A stretch of DNA of 64,000 nucleotides from Octopus vulgaris (Eukaryota), in contig OX597815.1 in the NCBI GenBank assembly GCA_951406725.2, forward strand, positions 194,804,001 to 194,868,000, written 5' to 3'. Shown one piece after another: positions 1-13,009 of the stretch; the stretch's first letter is position 1, and every line of letters starts with the position of its first letter. The notes below the pieces were generated by a model. The model was not told where the DNA came from, made no database searches, and worked only from the letters and a program-made list of their open reading frames with translations. The position numbers were made by a program, and so were the translations under genes.

Positions 1-1652
1 GCAAGTTGGTGTCGACACACCTTCAGGACACAAGCAGGGAACCTATCGGGGCCTACTGCTGAATTGTGTTTTATTTCGTTTATCGCCGCTAAGACATCAG
101 GGGCACTAAACGTTATGTCCGATATAGTGTGTTGGGGGTTGACATCACTGATACAGCCCAGATCGGCCATATCAGGATTGTTGAAAACAGAGCAGTATTG
201 TTTCTGCAGTATCTCGGCCATGGATTTGGCATTATCTTGGAGAGTGCCAGTTTCGTCAATTAGAGGGCCTACAGTGGAGACAGTGACCCTGCGTTTCCTC
301 GCAAATGAAAAGAACACTTTGGGGTTGAGTTTGATTTTTTCAATGGCCCACTTCTCCTCAGCTGATCTTTGGTTATTGATGAGGGTCTTCATGCATTGTT
401 GGAGGTTATATTTTTTGGATTCAAGCAGTGCGATAGCCGTCGAATGTGTGTGTTGCTGTTGGCAGTACTTTAGTTTGTTAATTTTTTTGTTTGTTCTTTT
501 TATTTTTCTGATAATGGTTTTTCTGTTTTGGGGGATTCTGCACTTTTTGTTCACAGGTCTTGGTGGGGAATGTTTTGCACATATGTCTGTGACGGTGTCT
601 ACAAAGATCTGCCAAGATGTTTTATGGTTGGTGGAGATGTGTGTATGTGTAAAGGACCAGTCAACATGTGATAGCTCGTTCCTGATTGCATCCCAGTTGG
701 CATTATGGAGATCCATGTTGTCAAATGGGTGGGCTGGAGGAAGGTCACTAGGATTAGCTTTCGGCTGGTGGAATTTCATGTTACAGAGAACCATGTCATG
801 GTCTGAAAGAAGGGTTTTTTCCACTGTAACGTTATGTATAGTGTTAGTGTGGTTACTAAACACTAGGTCCAAAATGTTCTGATGTCTTGTTGGTGCAAGG
901 ACAAGTTGGGACAAGAAAAACTCATTCGTAAAGTCGAAAAGTGACTCTGCTGCTTCTTTGTCAGCGGTTGAGGCGGGAGTGCTTGGTTTCAAACAGTTTG
1001 TAGTCCAGTCAACACAGGGTAGATTGAAGTCTCCCATCATGAGTATGTTGCTAGAATGGCACTGTTGAATAAAGCACTTAATGCTGTTGAGGCATTCTTT
1101 AAAGCACAGTATGGGTGTTTGGGGCGGCCTATAGAGCCCAATTACTGTCAGGTCATTGGCTTTGTTGTGCACGGTGACTGATTCACAGTAGCCGTTGGAG
1201 AATATACTATTTCCATCTGCCGTAAATGAATCATGCAGGAAAATGGCAGTTCCACCCTTCCTCCTGCCGATACGATCCGCGCGGATGGTTGTGAAATTCT
1301 TCACTCTCACTTCGGCTTCCAAGTGGGAGTTGTCAAGGTGGGTCTCAGTGAGAATGAAGAAAGGGATGTGGTGTGAATGGTTACCAACCCAGTCTTCAAT
1401 GAATTGGACCTTCCATTTTTGTGCATTGATGGAAGGGCTGACACCTTGTGCATTGAGTAGGAATGTGGAGGTTAGTGTAGTGGCTGGTTTTGACTGTTGC
1501 AGGGGGCTTGGATTTTGTGTGTGTGTTAGTGGCAGCAATGTGGGGAATTGGTGCACTGGGGTAATAGCATAGGATGGTGTTGAGTGATGGCTAGAATGTT
1601 TTTGTGTATCTCTTTTTCTATGTTCAACATGGCTAAATAAGAATTTTCCTGC
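1..1652 (-). CDS. Non-LTR retrotransposon (CR1-group) ORF2: APE endonuclease, linker and start of reverse transcriptase; runs off the window edge
   Basis: Manual translation gives about 550 codons with no stop: LLNAQG, ILTETHL, IRADRIGRRKGGTAIF, GLYRPP, MMGDFNLPCVDW, PTRHQNILDLVF, SDHDMV (APE motifs), then IKLNPKVFFSFAR, AEILQKQYCSVF, SAVGPDRFPACVLK (pre-RT motifs). It is missing from the ORF track because it has no stop inside the window. Confidence 0.95.
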
Positions 1653-2212
1653 TTAGGGAGCAGTTTTTGGCTGGAGGTGTGGTTGCACTGTTGGATAGGG
1701 TTGTAGTTTCCACTTTTGTTGTTGTTGTTTTTGTGTCTTCCTGAAAAGACTGGACCAGCATTACTGCAGCATGGTGTGTTTCTATTTTTATTTTTATTCA
1801 GGTTTGTGTGTTGGCTTGAAGCCCCGTTTCTGTTTGTGCGTCGGGTCCCTGGAAGATGAGTGAAGGGACAGTCACTCAGTAGACATGTTCTCTCACGTTG
1901 GGAATACCGGCAGATTTTGGGACTCCGAGTTGTGTGTGTTTTGAATTTCGATTTACTATTTGGTGGTGTTGATGTTATTGTGGGATGCGTGCTTTGGCCT
2001 TGGCCGGTAGTGCGTCTAGTGCCGGGTAGATGCGTGAAGATGCAGTCACTATTTGTGCAGAGTCTCTGGCGCAGTGAATAGCGGCATATTTGGGGATTTC
2101 TTGTTTGTGCCGTGGGGGGCGCATTCTGCTTCCTATGTTTCTTTAAGTTTTTGTTACTGCAGTAGTATTGAGGTGGTGATGTGGGGGAAGAGGGCAGTGG
2201 TTTCTTATACAT
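1526..2212 (-). CDS. ORF1 (probably 5'-truncated) of the same LINE, with two CCCH zinc fingers
   Basis: [27 protein letters not shown] and [27 protein letters not shown] are two C-x8-C-x4-C-x3-H motifs. The frame lies immediately upstream of ORF2 and overlaps it, and its 5' end abuts a TA/CA microsatellite. Confidence 0.8.
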   Translation of the reverse strand: MYKKPLPSSPTSPPQYYCSNKNLKKHRKQNAPPTAQTRNPQICRYSLRQRLCTNSDCIFTHLPGTRRTTGQGQSTHPTITSTPPNSKSKFKTHTTRSPKICRYSQRERTCLLSDCPFTHLPGTRRTNRNGASSQHTNLNKNKNRNTPCCSNAGPVFSGRHKNNNNKSGNYNPIQQCNHTSSQKLLPKQENSYLAMLNIEKEIHKNILAITQHHPMLLPQCTNSPHCCH

Positions 2213-2272
2213 ATATACATACATATATACATATATATATACATATGTATATACATATATATATATATATAC

Positions 2273-2323
<51 letters not shown>

Positions 2324-2516
2324 CATATATATACATATATATATACATACCTACATATATATATATATGTATATACATACATATATTATATATATATATA
2401 CATACCTACATATATATGTATATGCATATACATATATACATATATGTATATACATATACATATATATATATATATAAGTACATGCATATATATATATATA
2501 TATACATATATATATA
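2206..2516. repeat. Compound (TA)n/(TACA)n microsatellite
   Basis: Direct reading. Confidence 0.97.
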
Positions 2517-3339
2517 ATGCTTTATGAATCTTGCATAGAAAGTGCTTGAGAATATCGACTATGTTGCTGACCTTCCCAGTAATAAGAATAAAACATCGTG
2601 GTACAATTGACCAAATACCCTAAAATACTACAAACTTCCACTTACTTTATCGATTCTCTCGCAGAAGATGCAAAAAGTGAAAAATTTATTCTGACAGTAG
2701 ACAAACCCCATTCTGCAAAATTTACAGTCTGGTACACAACAAGTGAACCATGGCAATTGCACTACTGTGAAGAGCCAACGTCTTATCGAATTGATTAGAC
2801 TAATACATTGATCCTGTTTTTGAAGGTGATGATGATGTTGATGATGATGATGATCATGATGATGATGATGATTATGATGATAAAATGTTTACTGTATGTG
2901 GCAGTGTGAAATATGGAAACAAATTTTCCAAGATAAAGAAATATTGAGAGTGTTTTGCTAGATAGGGAAATAGTGAGCGTGTATATGTAGGTATATATGG
3001 ATCTATATATGTATCTATCAATCGATATCCTAATACACATGAGCGCACGCATAACCACGTCTGCATACATGCGCAAAAACAAACCTGCCCACACGGATGT
3101 ATGCATATATAGATTTAGTGTGTAAAGGAAATACATCATAACATATATATACAGTTTAGAAAGCAAATATCTACTAAATTCTTTTACTGAATTCAGTGGT
3201 TTGACAGTGGCAATAGTGCAATACAGCCTGTAAGGATCCAGTCAAATATATTGATCTCTTTACTGACACTGGCATTCATTTTATCGATCTCTGTTTATTG
3301 AATGTCGAATTTCTTAATGGCACACCAGTCTACGACCGT

Positions 3340-3579
3340 ACATACACATGTTATATATATAAATATATATATATATGCATATATATATATTATATATATA
3401 AATATGTTTATATGTATATATATGTCTGTATATATGTATATGTATATATACATATGTATATGTATATATATATGCGTATATATATATGTATTTCTATATA
3501 TGTATATATATGTCTCTCTATATATACGTATGTATATACATATTTGTGTGTGTACATATATGCATGTATATATATGTGA

Positions 3580-3650
<71 letters not shown>

Positions 3651-3789
3651 TGTATATATATATATATGCATATATATATATATATATATGTGTGTGTGTA
3701 TATATATATTCTGCAAAATTTACAGCCTGGTACACAATAAGTGAACGAAAGCAACACCCTCACACACACGCACACACACACATATATGT

Positions 3790-3837
<48 letters not shown>

Positions 3838-3847
3838 ATAAATATGT

Positions 3848-3896
<49 letters not shown>

Positions 3897-3930
3897 TATA
3901 TATATATATAGAGAGAGAGATAGAGAGAGA
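3340..3930. repeat. Compound (TA)n/(TG)n/(GATA)n/(GA)n microsatellite block
   Basis: Direct reading. Confidence 0.95.
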
Positions 3931-4815
3931 GAAAACGGAGAATGTGATCTCAGAACTCTATTTATATAATAGTAAATTCAATGTCGCCCACGCACGGCAC
4001 ACGTGAGCGCGCACGTACATGCATACATACACACACACACACACACATACACATGCTGCTATTCACTCTGTAATGAACTGTACATCCATTAGGATGTAAA
4101 TAAATATATGTCAAATTTTCCCTGAAGTAGTTTTTAAGTTTTAAATTCATAATGCAATTTTCATTGTAAAATATGAATGAATGTGGGAAGTCGAAACATG
4201 CGTAGGCGACATGAAACTGACTATTATATAAATAAAACGATATCTGTGTTCACACTCTCCTTTGTTTTTTATTAAATTATTAACTTCCATTCTATATCGG
4301 ATACATGAAAACATCTATAACGACACCTGGAACTTCATAAGTGTAAAGTAGTGATGTCGAAGAAGAGACATCAATAAGCACTAATACTATTCACAAATTA
4401 ATAAATTCCAGGATAATTAATCAATATAAATATAGGGGTATTAATTAATTAATTGATTTTTTGGCTTATTTTGAAATTAAATCGGCAGTTTATATTTGCT
4501 GCTGAGAAGACCGCGCGGTGGCGGTGGATTTTGAAAATTTAGAGCATATAGACTGGAGGTTTCTTTACCATCGCCTCGTGGATACATACTCGTCCTCGGC
4601 TTCTCTGCTGACGAGACACGCCAGTTGTAAATAAATTTAATTTAATTTAATTAATTTGTTTACCAAAGTTTGTCGAAACTATGCATAGTCCAGAGATGAA
4701 AGGGGTAAATGTTTTTATTTCTCTTTTAATTTCAGAATTACAACTATTTAGCGGTTTGAGCTTGGCTGCACTTTCTAGTGAGTCGAATGGCCTATTATGT
4801 CCATTCCTTATATTG

Positions 4816-4851
<36 letters not shown>

Positions 4852-4853
<2 letters not shown>

Positions 4854-5140
4854 AGGAGACCCCCTTCGGTCATGAACGAACGATCATGGTATTGCACCTA
4901 GAAAGCTACCCTCCGAGGCACAAGTCCGGGCAATGTTCTTCTTATGGAAGGCCGGCAGTCGCCCATGCGTAGAAGACTCATCTCTCCACACTTCTGCTGT
5001 ATATCCAAGTGAAAGGCAAAGGCCAATTCAGCTTGGCACCAGTGATGTCGCAACTCATTTCCACAGCTGAGTTAACTGGAGAAGCGTGAAATAAAGTGTC
5101 TTGCTGACAACACGCAGCTAGGTCCGGGAATAGAGGCAGT
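4852..5140 (-). mobile_element. tRNA-derived SINE (family D), head truncated
   Basis: Homologous to 29470-29812 (cttcggtcatgaa..attgcacctagaaag..gaaaggcaaagg..gtcgcaactcatttc). Confidence 0.8.
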
Positions 5141-6019
5141 ATCAATAGGCAGAGCTAAGATAAGCTGTACTGCGGTATTTACTATACCGCATGGTAACCA
5201 CCCCAGTGAAGTCTGTTCTAACAGAATATTCACACTTAAATGGAGTGTAAATATACGTTTTAGTATAAGCGTGAAAGTTGTAAAGTTCAGTTATTACAAT
5301 GCTACTCACGTACCTGTCTTTATCGTGGGCAGACCGAGCATTTACAATTGGAGATCTTTGCAAAACATTTTAATATAATAAACAAAGCAAAACTACATAC
5401 AAAATCACATTAGTTATTAGCGTTACTATTCTATAAAAAATCCCACACGAAATTTATAAATTAACTATAAAAGCAATGTTAAAAGTACAATACAAACACA
5501 TTACTATACAAACACACTACTACATTACAAACACACTATTACATTACAAACACACTACTATAGTACACTTGAAAAAACAAATCTATAAAATCTATCGGAA
5601 ATGAACTCTTAAACGATATCAATTCTAACGATGATTTTATTTGCAATATTATTGGTGTAATTTTTTCCTGCATGTGACAGAATGCAGGATGAGATCGTCA
5701 TCGCGATCATCTCATTATTATAATGAAAACAAGGAAGTGGGGAAAAAGTAGATTGATCTGGGAATGCTATTGTATTGTTCCAATCTGAACATATACCACC
5801 ATAAGAACCAATATGAAAACTATTTAGAAAATAAAAATAAACTATAAAAGCAACAATAACTTCAAAACAAAATGTATTATATGCATGATATATATATATA
5901 ATTGGAACAAAAACGCAATAGAAGAAAATAAAACATCCGGACACACGGACACACACAATTATATCAGAAATATGTCGATATATATGTGTGTAGATACATT
6001 ACTCACTTATGCTTATATA

Positions 6020-6300
6020 TTGGCCAAACAGTTATGGGTAATTCTAAGAGTAAAGAAAAAAATCTATATAACTATAATATTGAACTTTAAACTGTACCTA
6101 GGATATATAGGTAAAAGATATATAGATTCCATATATATATTGCCAAAAGAGATATAGGTATTATTATGGAATAATGGCAAAAGTTATATCTATTTATATA
6201 TTATTGAACTTTAAACCCTACCACGGATACAGAGATAAGAAGTAGATTCCGATATTGCTTTCTGTCTAAAGTTGGAAACGAAAATCTGTAGCCGAACAAT
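6020..6300 (-). pseudogene. Decayed Penelope-like GIY-YIG fragment, internally duplicated
   Basis: Frameshifted translation DRKQYRNSTSLSLY..LKFNNI.IDITF resembles the PLE STxLSxHxWxLK region; tattgaactttaaac..atagattcc occurs twice. Confidence 0.45.
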
Positions 6301-6779
6301 AGTAACTATCTCTATTGAAAAATATATAAGCTGTACTGTAAACCTAGACGAAAAAAAAAAGAAATATTTTATCAGACAGAAGAAGCATGTCTCGGAGAAT
6401 TACAAGATAACGAGAAAGTTAAAGGGGGGGGGGGGATGGGGAGATTGGGAAGAGCAAGATGAAAAGAAAGAGAGAGAACATGAAAGGGTATGAAACGAGT
6501 GATAAGCGAGTTCCGAGTGAAAGCGCGACAATTTGATTGTATAAGTTTCAAGTTAAATAATAAATAGGTCACATTTTGTATAGTGAGATTCTGAAATAGA
6601 ATGTTTTCTTGTTATCGAAACGTAGCTTTGTGGTCTCCACAATGTCCAGGCAGTATTATGATTTTGATTAGCATGTTGCAATTGTATTAAAGAGCCTCAA
6701 AGACACATTTGTTTGAAATGAATGGAATCCGATATACATGTTTGTCATTTTCAATGAATACTGCGATTTTGTTCAATGT

Positions 6780-6875
6780 ATATGTGTGCATGCGTGTGTG
6801 TGTATTTATAAATATACATATACATACATACATACATACATATATATATATATATGTGTATGTATATCTATACAT

Positions 6876-6908
<33 letters not shown>

Positions 6909-6987
6909 TATGTGTATGTATATCTATACATACATACATACATACATATATATATATATGTGTATGTATATCTATACATATATATAT

Positions 6988-7047
<60 letters not shown>

Positions 7048-7060
7048 GTATATATATATG

Positions 7061-7157
<97 letters not shown>

Positions 7158-7211
7158 GTATATATATATGTATATATATATGTATATATATATGTATATA
7201 TATATATATAT
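6780..7211. repeat. (TA)n/(CATA)n microsatellite
   Basis: Direct reading. Confidence 0.97.
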
Positions 7212-8033
7212 CTTTTATCGTTTTCCTGGTTTCAGCTCAGGGCTGAGGTCTTGCAGGTACACTACCTGTTCTTACACGGTGTTGTTTCCGATATTGTTTT
7301 TGTAGCGAGTTGGACGGTGCTGCTCTTCTTTGCGTCTCCTTCCATTCCACATAAACACCATGTAGATCTCTAAGGTTGCCTGGAAGGGTATTGGGCAATT
7401 ACGGGCCCTTGAAACCCAGACTGTTGCCGTACTGTGTCCTTCTTTTAGATGAAGAAAACATGATCTTTAGCATGATGCAGTGCTGTCCAGTTCAAGGATC
7501 AGTATAGCTGTTAATTCGAAAATTGGGAGCTAAACCTTCCAAAATCTTCCAAATATATATCTCCGCATATCTCTCTCGTCTTCTCTCCAGGGAATAGAGA
7601 CCCAGCTCCTTTAGCCTCTCGCAGTAGCCCATCTTTTGTATCGAGTCAATCTTCTCTGTGTATTGGCGCTGGATTGCTTCTTGTTCCACAGTTTGGTTCA
7701 CACTCTCTGGGTACCATAGTTGGGAGCAGTAGTCCAAGTGGCTGAGAACGAAGTCTTCCATAGGAGTAGCAGGGCCTCCCTTTTCCTGGTTCTGGATGTC
7801 CTCAGAATCCTCCCAGCCACTCGCCTGCACAATGCTGCCATCTTAGTAATATGCACATGGAACGTTGCATCATTGGTCATGTGAACCCGCAGGTCACGCA
7901 CCGACTCTGACTCTGAGATCGTATTAGCTTCTGGTAACAGTGTATTCCGATTTTAACCTGGTGTTGGACCGATAGTGAAGTTCCTGAAATTTCATAGCAT
8001 TGAGCTGCATATCATTTTTGTTAGCCCATTGTG
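7212..8033 (-). mobile_element. 5'-truncated CR1-group LINE: RT C-terminus and 3' UTR, frameshifted
   Basis: RDLRVHM, LLLWKT/FVLSHLDYCSQLWYP, EAIQRQYT, YCERLKELGLYSLERRRERY; 3' end cagccctgagctgaaac running into (TA)n. Confidence 0.92.
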
Positions 8034-8569
8034 TCGTCAGCATAATTGGTCAGATAACGGGAAAGTTAAAGGGGGAGAGTGAGAGAGAGAGAGAGAGAGA
8101 TGGAGGGAGAGAGGGAGAGGGAGAGAGGGAGAGAGAGAAACACCATCGAATGGTCTAAATCGGAGGAAGCAAGCAAAACCACGACCACAACAAAAAACAA
8201 CAAAGAGCAAAACAACAAATATCAACGGTTAACGTCACTAAAAGAAACAAATAGATAATTTCCAGAAATTAAGAATAAATTTCTAGAGTTATTTTCATAA
8301 TCTAGTTTTTCTTTGCAGTGAAGGAGCACCTATGGTTATAAGAGTTGGTCAGCTAGAGCCTAGTAGCATAACATACTGACACAAGCCTGAAGACCAACGG
8401 ACTGATTTTAACTTATATATATAACTGCTTGGAATATTGTAGGTGAAAATAATGTTTTTTAACCCAACAATATCACGAAAAGATTAATAGCTATTTTTAT
8501 TATTTCGCATTCAATCGTTGAAAAGGAATTATTTCACATTTTCTCATAGTTTCTAAATTCTCATGTTAT

Positions 8570-8632
<63 letters not shown>

Positions 8633-8989
8633 CTGTGTGTGTGAATGTGAGTGTGTTTGTGTGTGTGTAATGAGTAATTCTTCAATTTAATGTAAAATTG
8701 TTTTGATAATCAAGACACTAACGCATACGCATTAACACACGCACACAGAAGCATTAACAGATACGCACACACACGGACACACACTTGCACACACACACAC
8801 ACACACCCACACACCCACACACACATATATATATTTATATTTAAGTATCTGAACAGGCATGCATATTCATATATGTGTGGCCGAAACCATATATGTGTAC
8901 ATACGTAAGCATTCGCTTGAATTCTGATTTATCAATAGTTATGTACGCATGCGTATTTATGGATGTATTTGTTAATACTTGCCATAGCT

Positions 8990-9340
8990 GACATTGGTTT
9001 TCCGCTCTATGAATGCTTGCAATACAAAGACCAATTAGCTTGCAAATTTCCGTACAATTTAGATTAACCATCGCTCCATCGAATGAAATAACGTAATTTT
9101 CTTTAATCATAAAGAGTTATCGAAAGTAATAATCATACGTAGATGATTGTTTTAATATCCGAATCACTAATTGAAATATAAATTTTGACGAAAACTACGA
9201 GTTTCTAGAGAAAAGATTTTGATTATAAACCGATAAAATCCAGTGACATAATACAAGGTAAATTTGCATAACTATTTGTATCTAATATTTTTCATACAGT
9301 AAATATCATATTACATAATGGTAAGATGGTTGTTATATGG
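8990..9340 (-). pseudogene. Decayed Penelope-like reverse transcriptase fragment
   Basis: FDGAMVNLNCTEICKLIGLCI resembles the PLE motif FDVxMGSxDGAExCELVGLxxL; upstream frames resemble the FDIxxFYPSI region. Confidence 0.6.
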
Positions 9341-9369
9341 CCTTAAAGCTAATAACAAATAAATACTAA

Positions 9370-9377
9370 TATGTATG

Positions 9378-9435
<58 letters not shown>

Positions 9436-9756
9436 TATGTGTATGTATGTATATATGTATATATGTATATATGTGTGCGCGCGTGTGTGTATGCACACGT
9501 GTGGTGTGTGTGTGTATGTGTGCATATATATATGTATGTGTGTGTACACATATATATATGTACGTGTATGTATATATATATACATACAGGAATACATATA
9601 TATAAACACACGTATATATATATACATACATACATATATATATATACAAATACATATATAATATACATACAACACGCGTGCGCGCATACACACGCAAATA
9701 CACACACACGCGCGCGCACACACATACGCGGGTACACACACGCGCACACACACACC
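9370..9756. repeat. Compound (TA)/(TG)/(CA)/(CG) microsatellite
   Basis: Direct reading. Confidence 0.95.
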
Positions 9757-10325
9757 TATAGAAAATAATAGATAATTGCTAGCACCAATCTGAAGCCTAT
9801 TATAATTAATAATTTAATACATGTTAATATGCATGTATGTATTATGGCATCTCATATCTCGGCCTTCAGCAATGTAAACATCTATTATAATAAAGCTTGT
9901 AAATAGAGCGTGTATACATGTAAGTTAAATTGATTCTGAGAGTATTAAAACAGAATTATACGGGATACGGAATAATTTGCTTTAATATAAAAATGCGCTT
10001 ATCTGTATACCCTTGTTATGAAAGCTATTTAGAGAAATATTTCTTACCTGATAAATACATACAAATGGAAACCACTCGGAAATGACTTTAATAAACACGT
10101 AATCAACGTTGTGGTACAAGTATATTACTTCTATCTCAGCAAAAATTACGAGGCATCTCACATACACGAATTGCAGCTACTCAGAAAATTGATCGTTTGG
10201 GTTCTTTTCTTCTAGTACATCCCATATAATTTTTTTTATTTCGCATCTCTCAAGGTTACGTAAATTTTCCATTCTCTAATTGGCACTTTTAGGCTCCTTG
10301 TTCGATAAAAATAAAAAATAAAAAC

Positions 10326-11050
10326 TGAAATACATACGTACATTCGTCATCAGAAAAATCATACACTATCTCCACTACCAACTCCACGAGAACAGTTATT
10401 CTAGTGTCCTCAGCAGTGTTGTGCCATTCCATATACGCTACATTTCACAAACAATACACAAACCTAAGAGACCTGCATGGGGTGGATGCAGATGTCTTTA
10501 AAATGAAACTGGATCTCTTCTTGTCAGGTATCCCAGATGAACCAACTTCATGGCAGGAGGTGCAGATGAGGGCAGCTGCATCGAACTCTCTCATGCACCA
10601 AATGGCAGTTGCTAAAAAGCATTCGTGAAGTAAAACCATGTAGCAACACCAAATGGCGGTGCCCCAGCATGGCCACAGCTCGTGAGCTGAAACTAGAATC
10701 AATCAATCAATGCTTCCAGCGAACCACAATACCCTCTTATCTCTACGCTTGGGCCAGGCCGAGTTCGCCACTCCTAGGGAGTTAATCAAGCTCATGGTGA
10801 AACGTACGGAAGTCGGAGGCTAAGTAAGCTTCCTTAAACGCTGCCTAAAAAATAGCATAATTCTCAACACCACCAGGAACATATATTTACCCACGCGCCT
10901 CCGCAGTCTTACCCTTCGTCGATCAATGAAATACATACGTAAATTCGTCATCAGAAAAATCATTCACTACCTACACCACGAACTCCATGAGAACAGCTAT
11001 CGTAGTCCCCTCTGGAAAGTTGTGCCATTCCAGACACGTTAAATTTCACA
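10326..11050 (+). mobile_element. Probable Penelope-like 5' ORF fragment with a diverged ~125-bp direct repeat (10326-10451 / 10927-11050), interrupted by a LINE tail
   Basis: FLKRCLKNSIILNTTRNIYLP..KYIRKFVIRKIIHYLHHELHENS resembles the PLE N-terminal FLxRC motif; tgaaatacatacgta.attcgtcatcagaaaaatcat occurs twice. Confidence 0.5.
10455..10712 (+). mobile_element. Extreme 3' end of a CR1-group LINE with (ATCA)n tail
   Basis: [39 protein letters not shown], then ggcggtgccccagcatggccacagctcgtgagctgaaac and aatcaatcaatc. Confidence 0.88.
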
Positions 11051-11104
11051 AAAAAAAAAAATATTTCATAATTTTTGTATTTCCTATGTCACCTTTCATC
11101 TTTC

Positions 11105-11318
11105 ACAGGTTTCAGTTATTGCCCTGCGATCATGCTGGGGGTACAACTTTGAAGGGTTTAAAGGATCAAATCGAGACGACTATTTTTCTTAAGCCTGGTA
11201 TATTCTATCGCTCTGTTTTGTGGAACCGTGAATAAAATGATGAGGGAGAAACAGAAAGACACAAACACACACACACACCCATACATACCCTAACACACAC
11301 ACGCACGCGGGCGGGTGA

Positions 11319-11359
<41 letters not shown>

Positions 11360-11595
11360 GATCAAAACAGATTGATTCAAATATGTTAGTGCTCCGAGTT
11401 GTATATATATATATATATATATACGACGTGCTTCCACGCGGTTTCCATTTGCCAAATTTAGTTACAAGGCATTGGTCAGTCTTAGGCTATAGTGAAAGAC
11501 AATTTTCCAAAGCACCGCACCGTGGGACTTATCTCGAAATAACATGGTTGTGAAGCGAGCATACGGCTTAACAATTCAGCCATGCCTACGCCTGT
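11105..11595 (-). mobile_element. Old SINE family B copy with internal microsatellite
   Basis: Diverged matches to the head, core and tail of 56863-57260. Confidence 0.7.
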
Positions 11596-11923
11596 GATTT
11601 CCGTAATCCGAATACAAAACTCCATCTGCATTGAAAATCTTAAAAAATTGCGCCGGTCGAAGTTAAGCAAATGCAAAAGATCCGATAAATATTTCCCAGG
11701 GAATATAAATATCAATTATTAAAACAAAAATAGTGTTAAATTTATTTGAGGTCAACATGGGCGAAGGTGTGGCTGTGTGGTTAAGAAACCTGCTTTGCAG
11801 GCACGTAGTTTTGGGTTCAGTTCCCTCGCGTGGACCCTGCATGGGCAAAGGTTTACTGTCTTAGCCCAGGACTTCCAAATCCATGTGAATGAATTTTGTC
11901 GACGGAAACCGGAAGAAACCTTT

Positions 11924-11977
<54 letters not shown>

Positions 11978-11981
<4 letters not shown>

Positions 11982-12183
11982 ATTCAATGAACAAACAATT
12001 AACAAAAAACGAAGAAAGAAATAAGAAAAAATAAACGAACTGTAGGACGTGCTCAAGAATTATATTAGTTTGACGTTCAGTGAAAGGAGAGACCTTTTAA
12101 CGTTTCGAGCATGGCTCTTCGTCGGAAAGGAGATAGAAAAATCCAAGGAAGGAGAAGGAAAATCGCTAGGGCCCAGTTAGTGA

Positions 12184-12185
<2 letters not shown>
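11978..12185 (-). mobile_element. Short (TA)n-inserted PLE-type element carrying a hammerhead-like motif
   Basis: Related to 46210-46415; 3' end fused to (TA)n. Confidence 0.65.
12093..12130 (-). ncRNA. Minimal type I hammerhead-like motif, U4C core
   Basis: CCUUU-CCGACGA-A-GAGC[CAU]GCUC-GAAACGUUA-AAAGG. Confidence 0.65.
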
Positions 12186-12272
<87 letters not shown>

Positions 12273-13009
12273 TATACACACACAAACGCGCGCGTGTATA
12301 TATGTGTATAAATATATCTGTATCTACACACACGCGCGCGTACACAGGTATAAGTTTGTGTGTGTGTGTCTGTGTATGTGTATAAATATGTATATATCTA
12401 TGTATGTCTTCGTGTTTTGTTTGTTTACCCCTACAACTTCATCTTCGTAACTTAGCAGTTCAGTAAAGAACCCCGTTAGAATAAGTACCAGGCTTAAAAT
12501 ATTTAGTACCGGTGTCGATTAGGCTATTAAACGCTTCATGACAGTGCTCCATCATGACCGCACTCCACTGAATGAAAGCAGTAAAAGATAAAAGAATATA
12601 TCATTATTTCCATGAAGATACCAAAGAAAAGTTTGATCTGCAAATATTTCAACTTGTGAACATGTAGTTATATTTGCTAAATGGTGAATTGCGCCGCGGT
12701 AAAGTATCGTCAGTTAATTGCTGTCGGTGAAATTTCTTGTATCAGGTTGTATCTTACTTATTACTTGATCGGCATGTATCTTACAGACCCAGAAGTTTAG
12801 AAGGGAAAGTAGACATTAATATGACTCGAAAGATTCAAGGATAATACCTGTTTCAAATTTTGGCCATCAGTTTTGGTGGAAGGGTTAAGTGGATTACATC
12901 AACCTCCGCGATCAACTGGCACTTATTTATGGACTCCGGAAGGACATTGGCGGTATTTGAACCCAGAAAAGTTGAACTTGGCAGAATTTTAAACCGTGGG
13001 TAATAATAT

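Larger units (their letters stand above)
11760..12595 (+). mobile_element. Old SINE family B copy, split by an insertion in its internal (TA)n
   Basis: Head gtggctgtgtggttaag..gggttcagttccc..gacggaaac at 11760-11925; tail cgtaacttagcagttc..agaataagtaccaggctt..gtgctccatcatgaccgcac at 12400-12595. Confidence 0.75.

Noticed and set aside
64-1572. Plus-strand ORFs of 272 aa and 125 aa
   Set aside because: Antisense shadows of the LINE ORF2
4175-4210. cgaaacatgcgta resembling a hammerhead 3' half
   Set aside because: The 5' core and stems are not recoverable
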